From IMG/VR virus record IMGVR_UViG_3300027672_001796: a stretch of DNA of 64,000 nt; one strand, 5' to 3'. This document shows positions 1-8,665 of the stretch, in pieces. The translations under genes and the position numbers were made by a program. The DNA comes from a virus (Duplodnaviria; Caudoviricetes). The notes beneath the pieces are model-generated. The model made no database searches. It was not told where the DNA came from and saw nothing but the letters and a program-made list of their open reading frames with translations. Position 1 is the stretch's first letter. Every line of letters begins with the position of its first letter.

Positions 1-999
1 GCAAAACTGGCCTCTATGGAATCTAATTCCAAACCAAACAGTTCATCAAACGGCGACAACGCCATTTACCCCCACTGGAATATCGACGAGAACACTAGTA
101 CAACACTAAGGTTTTTGCCTGATAGCGATCCTGACAACACTTTTTTCTGGGTAGAAAGACAAATGATTCGTCTTACTTTCCCTGGAGTAAAAGGTGGAGA
201 CATGAAACCAGTAACAGTACAAGTACCTTGTGCAGAAATGTACGGCGATACTTGTCCAGTATTAACTGAAGTACGTCCTTGGTTTAAGGATGCATCTTTA
301 GAAGACCTAGGTCGTAAATATTGGAAAAAACGTAGTTACATCTTCCAAGGATTTGTAACTGAAAATCCACTAAGCGAAACAGCACCTGAAAATCCAGTCA
401 GACGTTTTGTAATCTCACCGCAAATCTTTAACATTATTAAATCAGCACTAATGGACCCAGATATGGAAAACATTCCAACTGACTATGTTGCTGGTACAGA
501 TTTCAGAGTTACTAAAACAACTAAAGGACAGTATGCTGATTACAGTACTTCAAAATGGGCTCGTAAAGAGCGTGGTTTGGATGAAACTGAACTAGCGGCG
601 ATTGACGCAAATGGCTTACATACACTTTCAGACTTTTTACCTAAAAGACCTGGACAAGACGAACTTAACGCAATTAGCGAAATGTTCCAAGCATCGGTTG
701 ACGGTGAATTGTATGATCCAGAGCGTTGGGCAATGTTCTACAAGCCTTATGGCGTAGAAACACCTAAGTCGGCAACACAACCTACTACACCGCCTGTGCA
801 AACAGCGGCTCCGGTAGCACCTGTAATAGCACCTGTAACTGCACCAGCAGAAGCAGTAGTTGAAACAGCGGCACCAGTAGTAGCAACTGCTCCAGCACCA
901 GCACCAGTGGCACCAGTTGCCCCGGCGGCTCCTGCGGCAGAAGGTGATGCGAAACCTAGTGCAGATGACATTCTGAACATGATTAGAAACCGTTCTTAA
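1..999 (+). CDS. T4 gp32-type single-stranded DNA-binding protein, 5'-truncated by the window edge
   Basis: LRFLPD, CPVL and YWKKRSYIFQGFV motifs of gp32-like SSBs, then a Pro/Ala linker. The frame is open from base 1 (AKLASMES), so the true start is probably upstream. Confidence 0.88.
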   Translation, partial: AKLASMESNSKPNSSSNGDNAIYPHWNIDENTSTTLRFLPDSDPDNTFFWVERQMIRLTFPGVKGGDMKPVTVQVPCAEMYGDTCPVLTEVRPWFKDASLEDLGRKYWKKRSYIFQGFVTENPLSETAPENPVRRFVISPQIFNIIKSALMDPDMENIPTDYVAGTDFRVTKTTKGQYADYSTSKWARKERGLDETELAAIDANGLHTLSDFLPKRPGQDELNAISEMFQASVDGELYDPERWAMFYKPYGVETPKSATQPTTPPVQTAAPVAPVIAPVTAPAEAVVETAAPVVATAPAPAPVAPVAPAAPAAEGDAKPSADDILNMIRNRS

Positions 1000-1009
1000 G
1001 GAGTACAAC

Positions 1010-2128
1010 ATGCAGAAACCATTTGACTTAACAAAGTTCCGAACAGGAATCACGAAAAGTATCGCTGGCATCAGTGCTGGCTTTCATGATCCACAGGATT
1101 GGATATCAACTGGTAACTACACTCTTAACTACCTAATTAGTGGGGACTTCCAAAAGGGAGTTCCTCTAGGCAAAGTAAGTGTATTTGCAGGAGAGTCTGG
1201 TTCAGGTAAATCGTTTATCTGTTCAGGTAACTTAGTGCGTAACGCACAACAACAAGGCTGTCAAGTAGTATTATTTGATAGTGAGAATGCACTAGATGAA
1301 GATTGGCTACAAGCATTAGGCGTTGATACAACTCCTGAGAAATTATTGAAGATTGGCGTCTCAATGATTGATGATGTAGCAAAAACAATTAGTGACTTCG
1401 TAAAAGACTATAAGTCTAACTATGGTGACTTACCATATGCAGAGCAACCTAAATTACTATTCGTAGTGGATAGTTTGGGAATGTTGCTTACACCTACAGA
1501 TGTTGCACAGTTTGAAAAAGGCGACATGAAAGGTGATATGGGTAGAAAGCCTAAGGCATTAACAGCCCTAGTTAGGAATACAGTTAACCAACTAGCACCA
1601 CATCCAATCGGACTTGTTGCAACTAACCACACTTATGCATCGCAAGATATGTTTGACCCTGATGATAAAATCAGTGGCGGACAAGGATTTGTATATGCAT
1701 CAAGTATTGTAGTAGCAATGAAAAAGTTAAAACTTAAAGAAGACGAAGACGGAAATAAAGTATCGACAGTACAAGGTATTAGAGCGGCATGTAAAGTAGT
1801 GAAAACACGTTACAGCAAACCGTTTGAAAGTGTACAGATTAAAATTCCGTATGAATCAGGAATGAATCCATACTCAGGTATTTTAGAATTGCTTGAGCAG
1901 AAAGGAATCGTTGTAAAAACTGGTAATAAACTAGAATACACATCACCTGTTACAGGCGAAGTTATTAAAGAGTTTAGAAAGCAGTGGACTGAAGAGAGAC
2001 TTCAGATAGTAATGGATGAATGGAATCAAATACCTGATGCAAACTATCATGATGATTTTAGTGATTTAGTTGACGATGAAACTTTAGTAGATGAACCTAC
2101 TGTAGAGGAGTTGGCAAATGAATCCTGA
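1010..2128 (+). CDS. uvsX: RecA-like recombinase UvsX
   Basis: Walker A GESGSGKS, VVDSLGML and SGGQGFVYASS; AGGAG SD; follows the SSB as in T4-like phages. Confidence 0.95.
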   Translation: MQKPFDLTKFRTGITKSIAGISAGFHDPQDWISTGNYTLNYLISGDFQKGVPLGKVSVFAGESGSGKSFICSGNLVRNAQQQGCQVVLFDSENALDEDWLQALGVDTTPEKLLKIGVSMIDDVAKTISDFVKDYKSNYGDLPYAEQPKLLFVVDSLGMLLTPTDVAQFEKGDMKGDMGRKPKALTALVRNTVNQLAPHPIGLVATNHTYASQDMFDPDDKISGGQGFVYASSIVVAMKKLKLKEDEDGNKVSTVQGIRAACKVVKTRYSKPFESVQIKIPYESGMNPYSGILELLEQKGIVVKTGNKLEYTSPVTGEVIKEFRKQWTEERLQIVMDEWNQIPDANYHDDFSDLVDDETLVDEPTVEELANES

Positions 2129-2348
2129 TTTAGATTTTCTAGTAGAAGTTTGGGACGGTATGAAAAATTATATTACCAAGAAAGACAGGCTACAGGCGGC
2201 AGAACAAATCATTACTATTTTTGATGAGAATGCCGACCTTGCTGATATCCAAGCAAATATCAACATGTTCGACTCAGCTATGAAAAATGCAATTATTGGG
2301 CATTTTGGATTAGACGAAGATGAAGATGATGACGACTGGGAAGAGTAG
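2118..2348 (+). CDS. small acidic hypothetical protein
   Basis: 76-aa ORF overlapping the uvsX stop, with an upstream GAGGAG SD. Confidence 0.75.
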   Translation: MNPDLDFLVEVWDGMKNYITKKDRLQAAEQIITIFDENADLADIQANINMFDSAMKNAIIGHFGLDEDEDDDDWEE

Positions 2349-2350
2349 AC

Positions 2351-2812
2351 ATGGCAGGGTGGTATAATTCAGTTGTTGAGGATCTGAGTAAGATTGTAGG
2401 CTCTATAGACTACTTTGAAAAAGAACTTCAAGAAGCAAAATACGAATGTCACATTAAAGGGAGCCTCGAGAAATTGAGTGCCTCCCTTCCTGGTATTACT
2501 GAGCATCGCTTTAATCAGCTACAAGAGATTGAAGCAATTCTCGAACACTTAAATATAGAACTTCGTAGAGAACGTTCTAAAGTATTCCGCAAATTCTTTG
2601 AATCTTATAATAGAACACTTACTAGTAGAGATGCTGATAAGTTTGTTGATGGTGAGGAAAGTGTAATTAACTTACAGCACCTTTGCAACCAATACAGTCT
2701 TTTACGCAATAAGTACCTAGGCATAATGAAAGGCTTAGATACAAAGCAGTGGCAAATCGGACATATTACACGGTTAAGAACTGCTGGTATGGAAGATATT
2801 TCAATAGGTTAG
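2351..2812 (+). CDS. uvsY: UvsY-like recombination mediator
   Basis: Helical 153-aa protein with LTSRDADKFVDGE and KQWQIGHITRLRTAGMED; located downstream of uvsX. Confidence 0.75.
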   Translation: MAGWYNSVVEDLSKIVGSIDYFEKELQEAKYECHIKGSLEKLSASLPGITEHRFNQLQEIEAILEHLNIELRRERSKVFRKFFESYNRTLTSRDADKFVDGEESVINLQHLCNQYSLLRNKYLGIMKGLDTKQWQIGHITRLRTAGMEDISIG

Positions 2813-2846
2813 CGAAATGCAAGATGCTGGATGTAGGAACCAGGAT

Positions 2847-3278
2847 ATGATCCAAGTCCAAGTTATAGGACAAATCAGAAACAAGCAATTAATAGAACGA
2901 GTTAGTGAACTATTACTCGAGAATATTATACCTACAAAATTAAGACGCCCAATAGAAATTACAATCAATATATTAACCGTTTGCGATGAACAAGCCGGCG
3001 GTTATTGTTGGGGCGATAGGTCAACAGTTGAAATAGAAATAGCTAGAACGTCAAACGAACATACATACTCACGTGAAAAAATGCTAACTAATTTAACACA
3101 CGAATTAATCCATGCAAAACAGTTTATAATGGGAGAGATAACCCCTAATATGAACATGTGGAAACAACAAGAAGTAAATCGTGCTAAAGTTCCTTACAGC
3201 CATCAACCCTGGGAGAGAGAAGCATATCGTTGGGAAAAGCGGTTGTATGATAATTACTTTAAGAAATTAAATGTATAA
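2847..3278 (+). CDS. HExxH zinc-metallopeptidase-like (SprT/zincin-type) protein
   Basis: LTHELIHAKQ and QPWEREAY motifs; ATG at 2847 follows an AGGA SD. Confidence 0.7.
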   Translation: MIQVQVIGQIRNKQLIERVSELLLENIIPTKLRRPIEITINILTVCDEQAGGYCWGDRSTVEIEIARTSNEHTYSREKMLTNLTHELIHAKQFIMGEITPNMNMWKQQEVNRAKVPYSHQPWEREAYRWEKRLYDNYFKKLNV

Positions 3279-3283
3279 AGTTC

Positions 3284-3312
3284 TTGACATAGGGTACGAT
3301 TTTTAGTATAAT
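3284..3312 (+). promoter_or_regulatory. sigma70-type promoter
   Basis: TTGACA-N17-TATAAT perfect consensus. Confidence 0.85.
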
Positions 3313-3342
3313 TATTAGTACAAAACAAAACTGGTGCAAAAT

Positions 3343-3534
3343 ATGAGTAATGACAAAGTAATAATATCTGAACCCACACATGAATTTACATATAGTAGGG
3401 AAAAAAGTTATTTACAGAACTACCAGAATTGGCGTGTACTTAACCAACAAGAACGTCTTACTTGGAATGAAGAGCAAATGACGGCAGAAGAAGCCGAGCA
3501 ATCATTTGCACAACAATACGGAAACTTTAAATAA
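3343..3534 (+). CDS. hypothetical protein
   Basis: ORF directly downstream of the promoter and abutting the next gene; ATG at 3343. Confidence 0.65.
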   Translation: MSNDKVIISEPTHEFTYSREKSYLQNYQNWRVLNQQERLTWNEEQMTAEEAEQSFAQQYGNFK

Positions 3535-4083
3535 ATGACAACTCATGCAATGATTGATATTGAAACATTAGCTACTAAGCCTAATGCTGTTGTATTAACT
3601 GTTGGCGGAGTTAAGTTTAATCCGTATAGTGCAGAAGACCCGCATACTCCATTTAGTGTAAGACTGAATATTGATGAACAAACTGCCAAAGGCAGAGTTA
3701 TCGATCCTAATACTATTGAATGGTGGGGAAAGCAAGATAAAGCAATTCAAGATGAAGCGTTCTCAGATGAGAACAGAGTTTCAGTAATCGACTTTATTGC
3801 AGACCTTAATAAATGGCTAAATGGCACTGAACTTAAATGGGCACAAGGATCTAGATTTGATTATGGTATCCTTGAAGACCTAATTGAGAATAGTTTCGAA
3901 CAACACAAAAATTGGTTCTTTTGGCAAGAAGCTGATAGCAGAACACTAGGACAACTGGTCCCAAGGGATCTGCGTAAAGACGATTCGGGTAATCAAAAGG
4001 ACTTGCACTCAGCACTCGCTGATGCATACAATCAAGCAAAAGCAGTACAAAAAGCATATAAGCATCTCAATATCATCCAATAA
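3535..4083 (+). CDS. DEDDh 3'-5' exonuclease (DexA/Rv2179c-like)
   Basis: MIDIET, WAQGSRFDYGIL and HSALADAYNQ motifs. Confidence 0.85.
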   Translation: MTTHAMIDIETLATKPNAVVLTVGGVKFNPYSAEDPHTPFSVRLNIDEQTAKGRVIDPNTIEWWGKQDKAIQDEAFSDENRVSVIDFIADLNKWLNGTELKWAQGSRFDYGILEDLIENSFEQHKNWFFWQEADSRTLGQLVPRDLRKDDSGNQKDLHSALADAYNQAKAVQKAYKHLNIIQ

Positions 4084-4084
4084 T

Positions 4085-4136
4085 TTACCACTATTTGTGG
4101 TAAAAGGTTGACATCACCCCTAAAAGGTAGTATAAT
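4085..4136 (+). promoter_or_regulatory. early promoter cassette P1 with upstream palindrome
   Basis: TTACCA-N7-TGGTAA (4085-4103), then TTGACA (4108)-N17-TATAAT (4131). Confidence 0.85.
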
Positions 4137-4170
4137 ATATACTTATTAGACAATAAAGGAAAGGAAGAAA

Positions 4171-4222
4171 AAGCCAATAAAAACGGTAAAAGGTTGACAT
4201 TGGTCCTAGAATTTAGTATAAT
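4171..4222 (+). promoter_or_regulatory. early promoter cassette P2 with degenerate palindrome
   Basis: AAGCCA-N7-CGGTAA (4171-4189), then TTGACA (4194)-N17-TATAAT (4217). Confidence 0.85.
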
Positions 4223-4281
4223 ATACATAAGTTAATAAGAAGGGCTTGTTAACAATAATCATAATGTCGGGGATGACTAAT

Positions 4282-5331
4282 ATGACAACAATGAAGAAAA
4301 ACAAACTAAACTATGTAAAGATTAAGGCTGGTACTTACCGTAAAAACGAAATCGTTGATACAGTATTTCCAATTATTAAGCCACTTAACATAGGTAAGAA
4401 AGGTGCGTTCATTACAGTAAACGGTAGTGAAGTAATGGGAGACCAGTTCGCTAGTATAAGAGTACTTATAGAAGATCCAACACAGGATCTAGAATATGTA
4501 ACTCCTAGTGTTTATGCAGAGCAACCAAAAATTGATCTGAAGCCTAAGAAAGAAGAAAATGACGAAGAAGCAATTGAGCGTATCAGAGAACGTTTTGATA
4601 TTCTTGATAGAATGACTCATGCTGTAGCAGAAGGTACAGTACGTGGTATGATTGTTAGTGGTCCTCCAGGTGTTGGTAAATCTTATGGTGTAGAAACTGT
4701 GCTAGAAGATTACGATATGCTTACTGAGGTTGCTGGCAAGCCTGCAAGAACTGAAGTAGTAAAAGGTTCGGTTACTCCAATTGGTTTATTCCAAACACTA
4801 TATAACAATTCAGAAGCAGGTAACATACTTGTATTTGATGACTGTGATAGTGTGTTGTTTGATGAAGTATGTTTGAATATGCTTAAAGCAACTTTGGACT
4901 CAGGTAAGAAAAGAACTATTACTTGGAAGTCAGAATCACAAGCACTTCGTAGAGAAGGTATTCCAGATAGATTTGAATTCAAAGGTGGTTGTATCTTTAT
5001 TACTAACGTAGACTTTGAAAACGTTCGTTCTAAAAAGATTAAGGATCACTTAGCGGCACTTATGTCAAGATGTCACTACTTGGATCTTACAATGAACTCT
5101 ATAAGAGATAAGTTCCTCAGGATTAACCAGATTGTTAAAGATGGTATGCTTGAAGAATACAAGTTTGGTGTAGAAGGTGATAAAGAAATTATTAACTTTA
5201 TGACCACTAACCAAGAAGCTCTTAGAGAGATAAGTTTGAGAATGGTTTTGAAGATATCGGATCTTAGAAAAATGGATCCTGCTAATTGGGAAAAACTTGC
5301 AAGAACTACTTGTATGAAAGGAACAATTTAA
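4282..5331 (+). CDS. AAA+/P-loop ATPase
   Basis: Walker A GPPGVGKS and Walker B ILVFDDCD. Start placed at ATG 4282 after the GGGGA SD (4269-4273); ATG 4291 is an alternative. Confidence 0.85.
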   Translation: MTTMKKNKLNYVKIKAGTYRKNEIVDTVFPIIKPLNIGKKGAFITVNGSEVMGDQFASIRVLIEDPTQDLEYVTPSVYAEQPKIDLKPKKEENDEEAIERIRERFDILDRMTHAVAEGTVRGMIVSGPPGVGKSYGVETVLEDYDMLTEVAGKPARTEVVKGSVTPIGLFQTLYNNSEAGNILVFDDCDSVLFDEVCLNMLKATLDSGKKRTITWKSESQALRREGIPDRFEFKGGCIFITNVDFENVRSKKIKDHLAALMSRCHYLDLTMNSIRDKFLRINQIVKDGMLEEYKFGVEGDKEIINFMTTNQEALREISLRMVLKISDLRKMDPANWEKLARTTCMKGTI

Positions 5332-5341
5332 TAAGAAACGA

Positions 5342-5393
5342 ACTAACAGTTCCCCCGGTGCTCGATTGTTAGTCATCCCCTAAATGGAGCACC
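5342..5393 (+). ncRNA. candidate structured RNA element (interleaved stems, C-rich loop)
   Basis: ACTAACA (5342-48)/TGTTAGT (5367-73) and GGTGCTC (5357-63)/GAGCACC (5387-93). The loop is complementary to the SD region of the upstream ATPase gene. Confidence 0.45.
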
Positions 5394-5395
5394 AC

Positions 5396-5428
5396 GAAGC
5401 CCGGATCCCCTCCGGGCTTCACCTTTTG
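5396..5428 (+). terminator. intrinsic terminator
   Basis: 10-bp stem GAAGCCCGGA/TCCGGGCTTC with a TCCCC loop, followed by ACCTTTTG. Confidence 0.75.
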
Positions 5429-5451
5429 TGTAATTGAGTAATAGAAATTAC

Positions 5452-5479
5452 TTGACTTTGACACAGTAAAGTGTATAAT
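5452..5479 (+). promoter_or_regulatory. sigma70-type promoter for the TonB receptor gene
   Basis: TTGACT-N16-TATAAT; AGGAG SD at ~5519 precedes the ATG at 5529. Confidence 0.7.
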
Positions 5480-5528
5480 TACTTATTGTTGAAAGACAAA
5501 GATAATAACATTTAAAAAGAGGAGAAGT

Positions 5529-7196
5529 ATGAACAAGATGTTTACTTTTGCCGCCATAATGCTATTCGCATTCCAGGCCCAGGCAGAAAATATAGAAGAA
5601 GTAGTAGTATATGCCCAAGAGGTTAAAACTACAAAAGCAAGTCCGTTAACAAGTACAACTTTATTCGAGGCAATAATGCCTGATAAGACTTGGATGGCAG
5701 GTGGTTACGGAGCAAGTACAATGTTCAGAGAACGTGGTGCTCAATCTGTACATACCGTAGTATATAAAAATGGTGTTCCAGCAAACAACCCAGGCAGTGG
5801 TTGGTATGATTTTGGACACGACATTACTAGTGGCGAAACAGTAAAAGTTATTAGTGGTGCAAACGGAGTTATGTACGGCTCAGGCAGTATAGCTGGAACA
5901 GTACTAATTCAAGACACTATTGATACTAGTGTAACTGCAAGGCTTGGTTCAAACCACCAGCAGTATATTAGTGTTGCCCCTACAAGTTGGTTCCAGTATT
6001 CAGACTTTAGTGTAGAGCAACAAACAAGGAATGATAATACTGAAACAGACAAGTACGAAAACAAGAGTGCTAAAATTATAGCAGACGCCGGCGACTTTAA
6101 GTTTATAGTTAATGCAGTAGATTATGCTTACGATTATGACAACTGTTATACACCAGAGTTCACTCAATCAAACGATTGTTTACAAGACGGTCAAAAAGTT
6201 ACAGTTAGTGTAAGGAACGAATACTTTACTCTAGGTAGAACAGAAGAGAAAGCAGAATATTTTACTGAAGGTGTAAGTACATATCAAAACGAAAGCAGTA
6301 GAGATTATTTCAGAATAGGCGACACTACAAATTTGTCGACACTACTTGAAGTAACATATGGTGTAGATGGTAGCAAAGAACAATACAATGAACATAGCGA
6401 TGATAACTATGGCGTGTTTCTAAGTGTTGATGCACAATTTATTCTAGACTACAACTTTGGAATTAGGTATGGCAACGATGACCAGAATGCATTGCGTTTT
6501 GGAATAGCTAAAGACCAGTTCTATCTTAACGTAGGTACTAGTTTTAGAAAGCCTAACTTGTACGAGCTTTACGGCGACAGTTACGTTGATGCTAATGATG
6601 AGCTAATGCCAGAAGAAGGCACAGGCTATGAGATTGGTTTTGGTGCTTTAAGTTTATTTAGATATGACTTTGAAGAATCAATTGAGTATACTCCTGGCTT
6701 TAATACTATAATGCCTATTGCAAATGCAATTGACGAAAGCGATGATATTATAGAGATGGTAGAACCAGCTAGTAGTACTGATGTGTGGACCAATGCAAGG
6801 TATTACAATGCAGGCAGTTACTCTACACAGGGTGTTAGATTCTCTAATAACTTTGGACCAGTAAGTGTTATGATAAAGTACAACGATTCTGATAAAGCAA
6901 GAGTGGCACAGTACATTACAGTTCTAACATACAAAAAGATGTGGAAAGAAATTGCATACAAAGTAAGGTATGTAGGATCATTTGACAGAACACCTGGTCT
7001 GTATGATACACTTCCAACTGGACAAGAATACTTAGACGACCTTAAGAAGCTAAACTTTTATGCAGTAAAAAAACTTCCTAATAACACTACTATTTCTTTT
7101 ACAGCATTAAACTTAACAAACGAACAAGCAGAGGTTCTTCCTTATTATAATAATAAAGGCAGAGAATTTAACTTGACAATTCAGTACAACTGGTAG
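5529..7196 (+). CDS. TonB-dependent outer-membrane receptor, BtuB-like
   Basis: Signal peptide ending AQA, TonB-box-like IEEVVVYA, plug motifs KNGVP and GVMYGSGSIAGTVLI, barrel motif GTSFRKPNLYELYG, and C-terminal aromatic YNW. Confidence 0.85.
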   Translation: MNKMFTFAAIMLFAFQAQAENIEEVVVYAQEVKTTKASPLTSTTLFEAIMPDKTWMAGGYGASTMFRERGAQSVHTVVYKNGVPANNPGSGWYDFGHDITSGETVKVISGANGVMYGSGSIAGTVLIQDTIDTSVTARLGSNHQQYISVAPTSWFQYSDFSVEQQTRNDNTETDKYENKSAKIIADAGDFKFIVNAVDYAYDYDNCYTPEFTQSNDCLQDGQKVTVSVRNEYFTLGRTEEKAEYFTEGVSTYQNESSRDYFRIGDTTNLSTLLEVTYGVDGSKEQYNEHSDDNYGVFLSVDAQFILDYNFGIRYGNDDQNALRFGIAKDQFYLNVGTSFRKPNLYELYGDSYVDANDELMPEEGTGYEIGFGALSLFRYDFEESIEYTPGFNTIMPIANAIDESDDIIEMVEPASSTDVWTNARYYNAGSYSTQGVRFSNNFGPVSVMIKYNDSDKARVAQYITVLTYKKMWKEIAYKVRYVGSFDRTPGLYDTLPTGQEYLDDLKKLNFYAVKKLPNNTTISFTALNLTNEQAEVLPYYNNKGREFNLTIQYNW

Positions 7197-7202
7197 TATA
7201 AT
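7173..7202 (+). promoter_or_regulatory. sigma70-type promoter, probably giving a leaderless uvsW mRNA
   Basis: TTGACA-N18-TATAAT; the ATG is only 5 nt after the -10 box and there is no SD. Confidence 0.7.
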
Positions 7203-7207
7203 AACTT

Positions 7208-8665
7208 ATGCCTAAATGTGTTCTAGAGATTCGAGACGAAGTTAACGTAAAGTTTGCAGGATTAGATCCAGCAACAAGACGTAAGATTTCTGATGCGGCA
7301 AAATACTTTTTACCTTACGCCTACCACATGCCAGCTTATAAACTTGGCAGGTGGGATGGGTGTGTTAGGTATTGTGATATTGGCGGTAGAACATATATGA
7401 ACTTATTGGATAGATTACTACCCATAGTTCAAGACTGCGGATATAGTGTTGAAGTAGATGACCAGAGGAGCAAATGGCAGTTTGCATTTGAACCTATAAA
7501 TGAGTTAAGATATGAAAACACTATGTGGCCCAAAGGTCATCCAGCAGAAGGCTCGCCTGTAATACTAAGGGATTATCAAGTAGAAGTTATTAATAACTTT
7601 TTAAAGAATCCACAGAGTTTACAGCAAGTGGCTACAGGAGCCGGTAAGACTCTCATAACAGCCGCCTTAAGCGATATGTGTGAACCTTATGGGCGTAGTA
7701 TAGTTATTGTTCCTAATAAGGACTTAGTAGTACAAACAGAAAGAGACTATAAGAATTTAGGTCTTGATGTGGGAGTACTATTTGGTGACAGGAAACAGTA
7801 TGACAAAACTCATACTATTTGTACATGGCAGAGTTTAGCAGTACTAGAAAAGAAAAGTAAGAAGTTTGAAGCAGACTTTCCAATAGACCAGTTCTTAGAT
7901 GGAGTAGTTTGTATTATGGTAGATGAAGTACACAAGGCAAAAGCCGATGTACTCCAGAAACTATTAGGAGGAGTGTTTGCTAATGTTCCAATCCGTTGGG
8001 GATTAACAGGCACAATACCACAAGATGAACACGAAGCAGTTGGGTGTACTTGTTGCTTAGGTCCAGTTACTGGAAGTTTAAGTAGTAAAGAGTTACAAGA
8101 CAGAGGCGTCCTAGCAGACCTGGATATTAATATTTTTCAAATGCAAGACGGTGTGCAAGGCTTTACAGGTTATGCACAAGAATTAAAATGGCTAGTAACA
8201 GACCCTAAACGTATAGACCACTTGTCTTCAATTATTAATGGATTAGCCGATAACGGAAATACATTAGTGCTAATTGATAGACTTGCAACAGGTGAAATGT
8301 TTAAAGAAAGAAACCCTGAATGGGCATTTATATCAGGTGCAATGAAAGTGAAAGACAGGCAAGAAGAATATGCTGAAGTATCCGATATGGATAATAAAGT
8401 AATTGTAGCAACTTACGGAGTTGCCGCAGTTGGAATTAACATACCTAGAATCTTTAATCTTGTAATGGTAGAACCAGGCAAGAGTTTTGTTAGGGTAATT
8501 CAGAGTATTGGCAGAGGAATCCGTAAAGCAGAAGACAAGGACTATTTACAGGTAATCGATGTAACTAGTAATTTAAAATATAGTAAACGTCATTTGACAA
8601 AAAGGAAAGCCTTTTATAAAGAGCAATCTTTCAAATTTCAAGTTACCAAAGTGGAGTATAAATGA
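7208..8665 (+). CDS. uvsW: SF2 DNA helicase UvsW
   Basis: LRDYQ, ATGAGKT, VDEVH, GLTGT and QSIGRGIR motifs; N-terminal GRWDG. Confidence 0.92.
   Translation: MPKCVLEIRDEVNVKFAGLDPATRRKISDAAKYFLPYAYHMPAYKLGRWDGCVRYCDIGGRTYMNLLDRLLPIVQDCGYSVEVDDQRSKWQFAFEPINELRYENTMWPKGHPAEGSPVILRDYQVEVINNFLKNPQSLQQVATGAGKTLITAALSDMCEPYGRSIVIVPNKDLVVQTERDYKNLGLDVGVLFGDRKQYDKTHTICTWQSLAVLEKKSKKFEADFPIDQFLDGVVCIMVDEVHKAKADVLQKLLGGVFANVPIRWGLTGTIPQDEHEAVGCTCCLGPVTGSLSSKELQDRGVLADLDINIFQMQDGVQGFTGYAQELKWLVTDPKRIDHLSSIINGLADNGNTLVLIDRLATGEMFKERNPEWAFISGAMKVKDRQEEYAEVSDMDNKVIVATYGVAAVGINIPRIFNLVMVEPGKSFVRVIQSIGRGIRKAEDKDYLQVIDVTSNLKYSKRHLTKRKAFYKEQSFKFQVTKVEYK

Noticed and set aside
637-1071. Antisense ORFs over gp32 and similar shadow ORFs (747-980, 21389-21643, 37641-38372, 43736-44314 and others)
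   Set aside because: They are by-products of biased codon usage and low-complexity repeats on the coding strand; no SD, promoter or motifs.
5065-5376. Minus-strand 103-aa ORF starting in the anti-SD element
   Set aside because: It is antisense to the ATPase, its GGGG abuts the ATG with no spacer, and it has no recognisable motifs.
5340-5428. Cobalamin riboswitch upstream of the BtuB-like gene
   Set aside because: The element lies upstream of the receptor's own promoter (5452-79). It has only a partial B12-box resemblance (AAGCCCGGA) and lacks the GGGAA and GCAACUGU core. An Infernal search with RF00174 would settle it.
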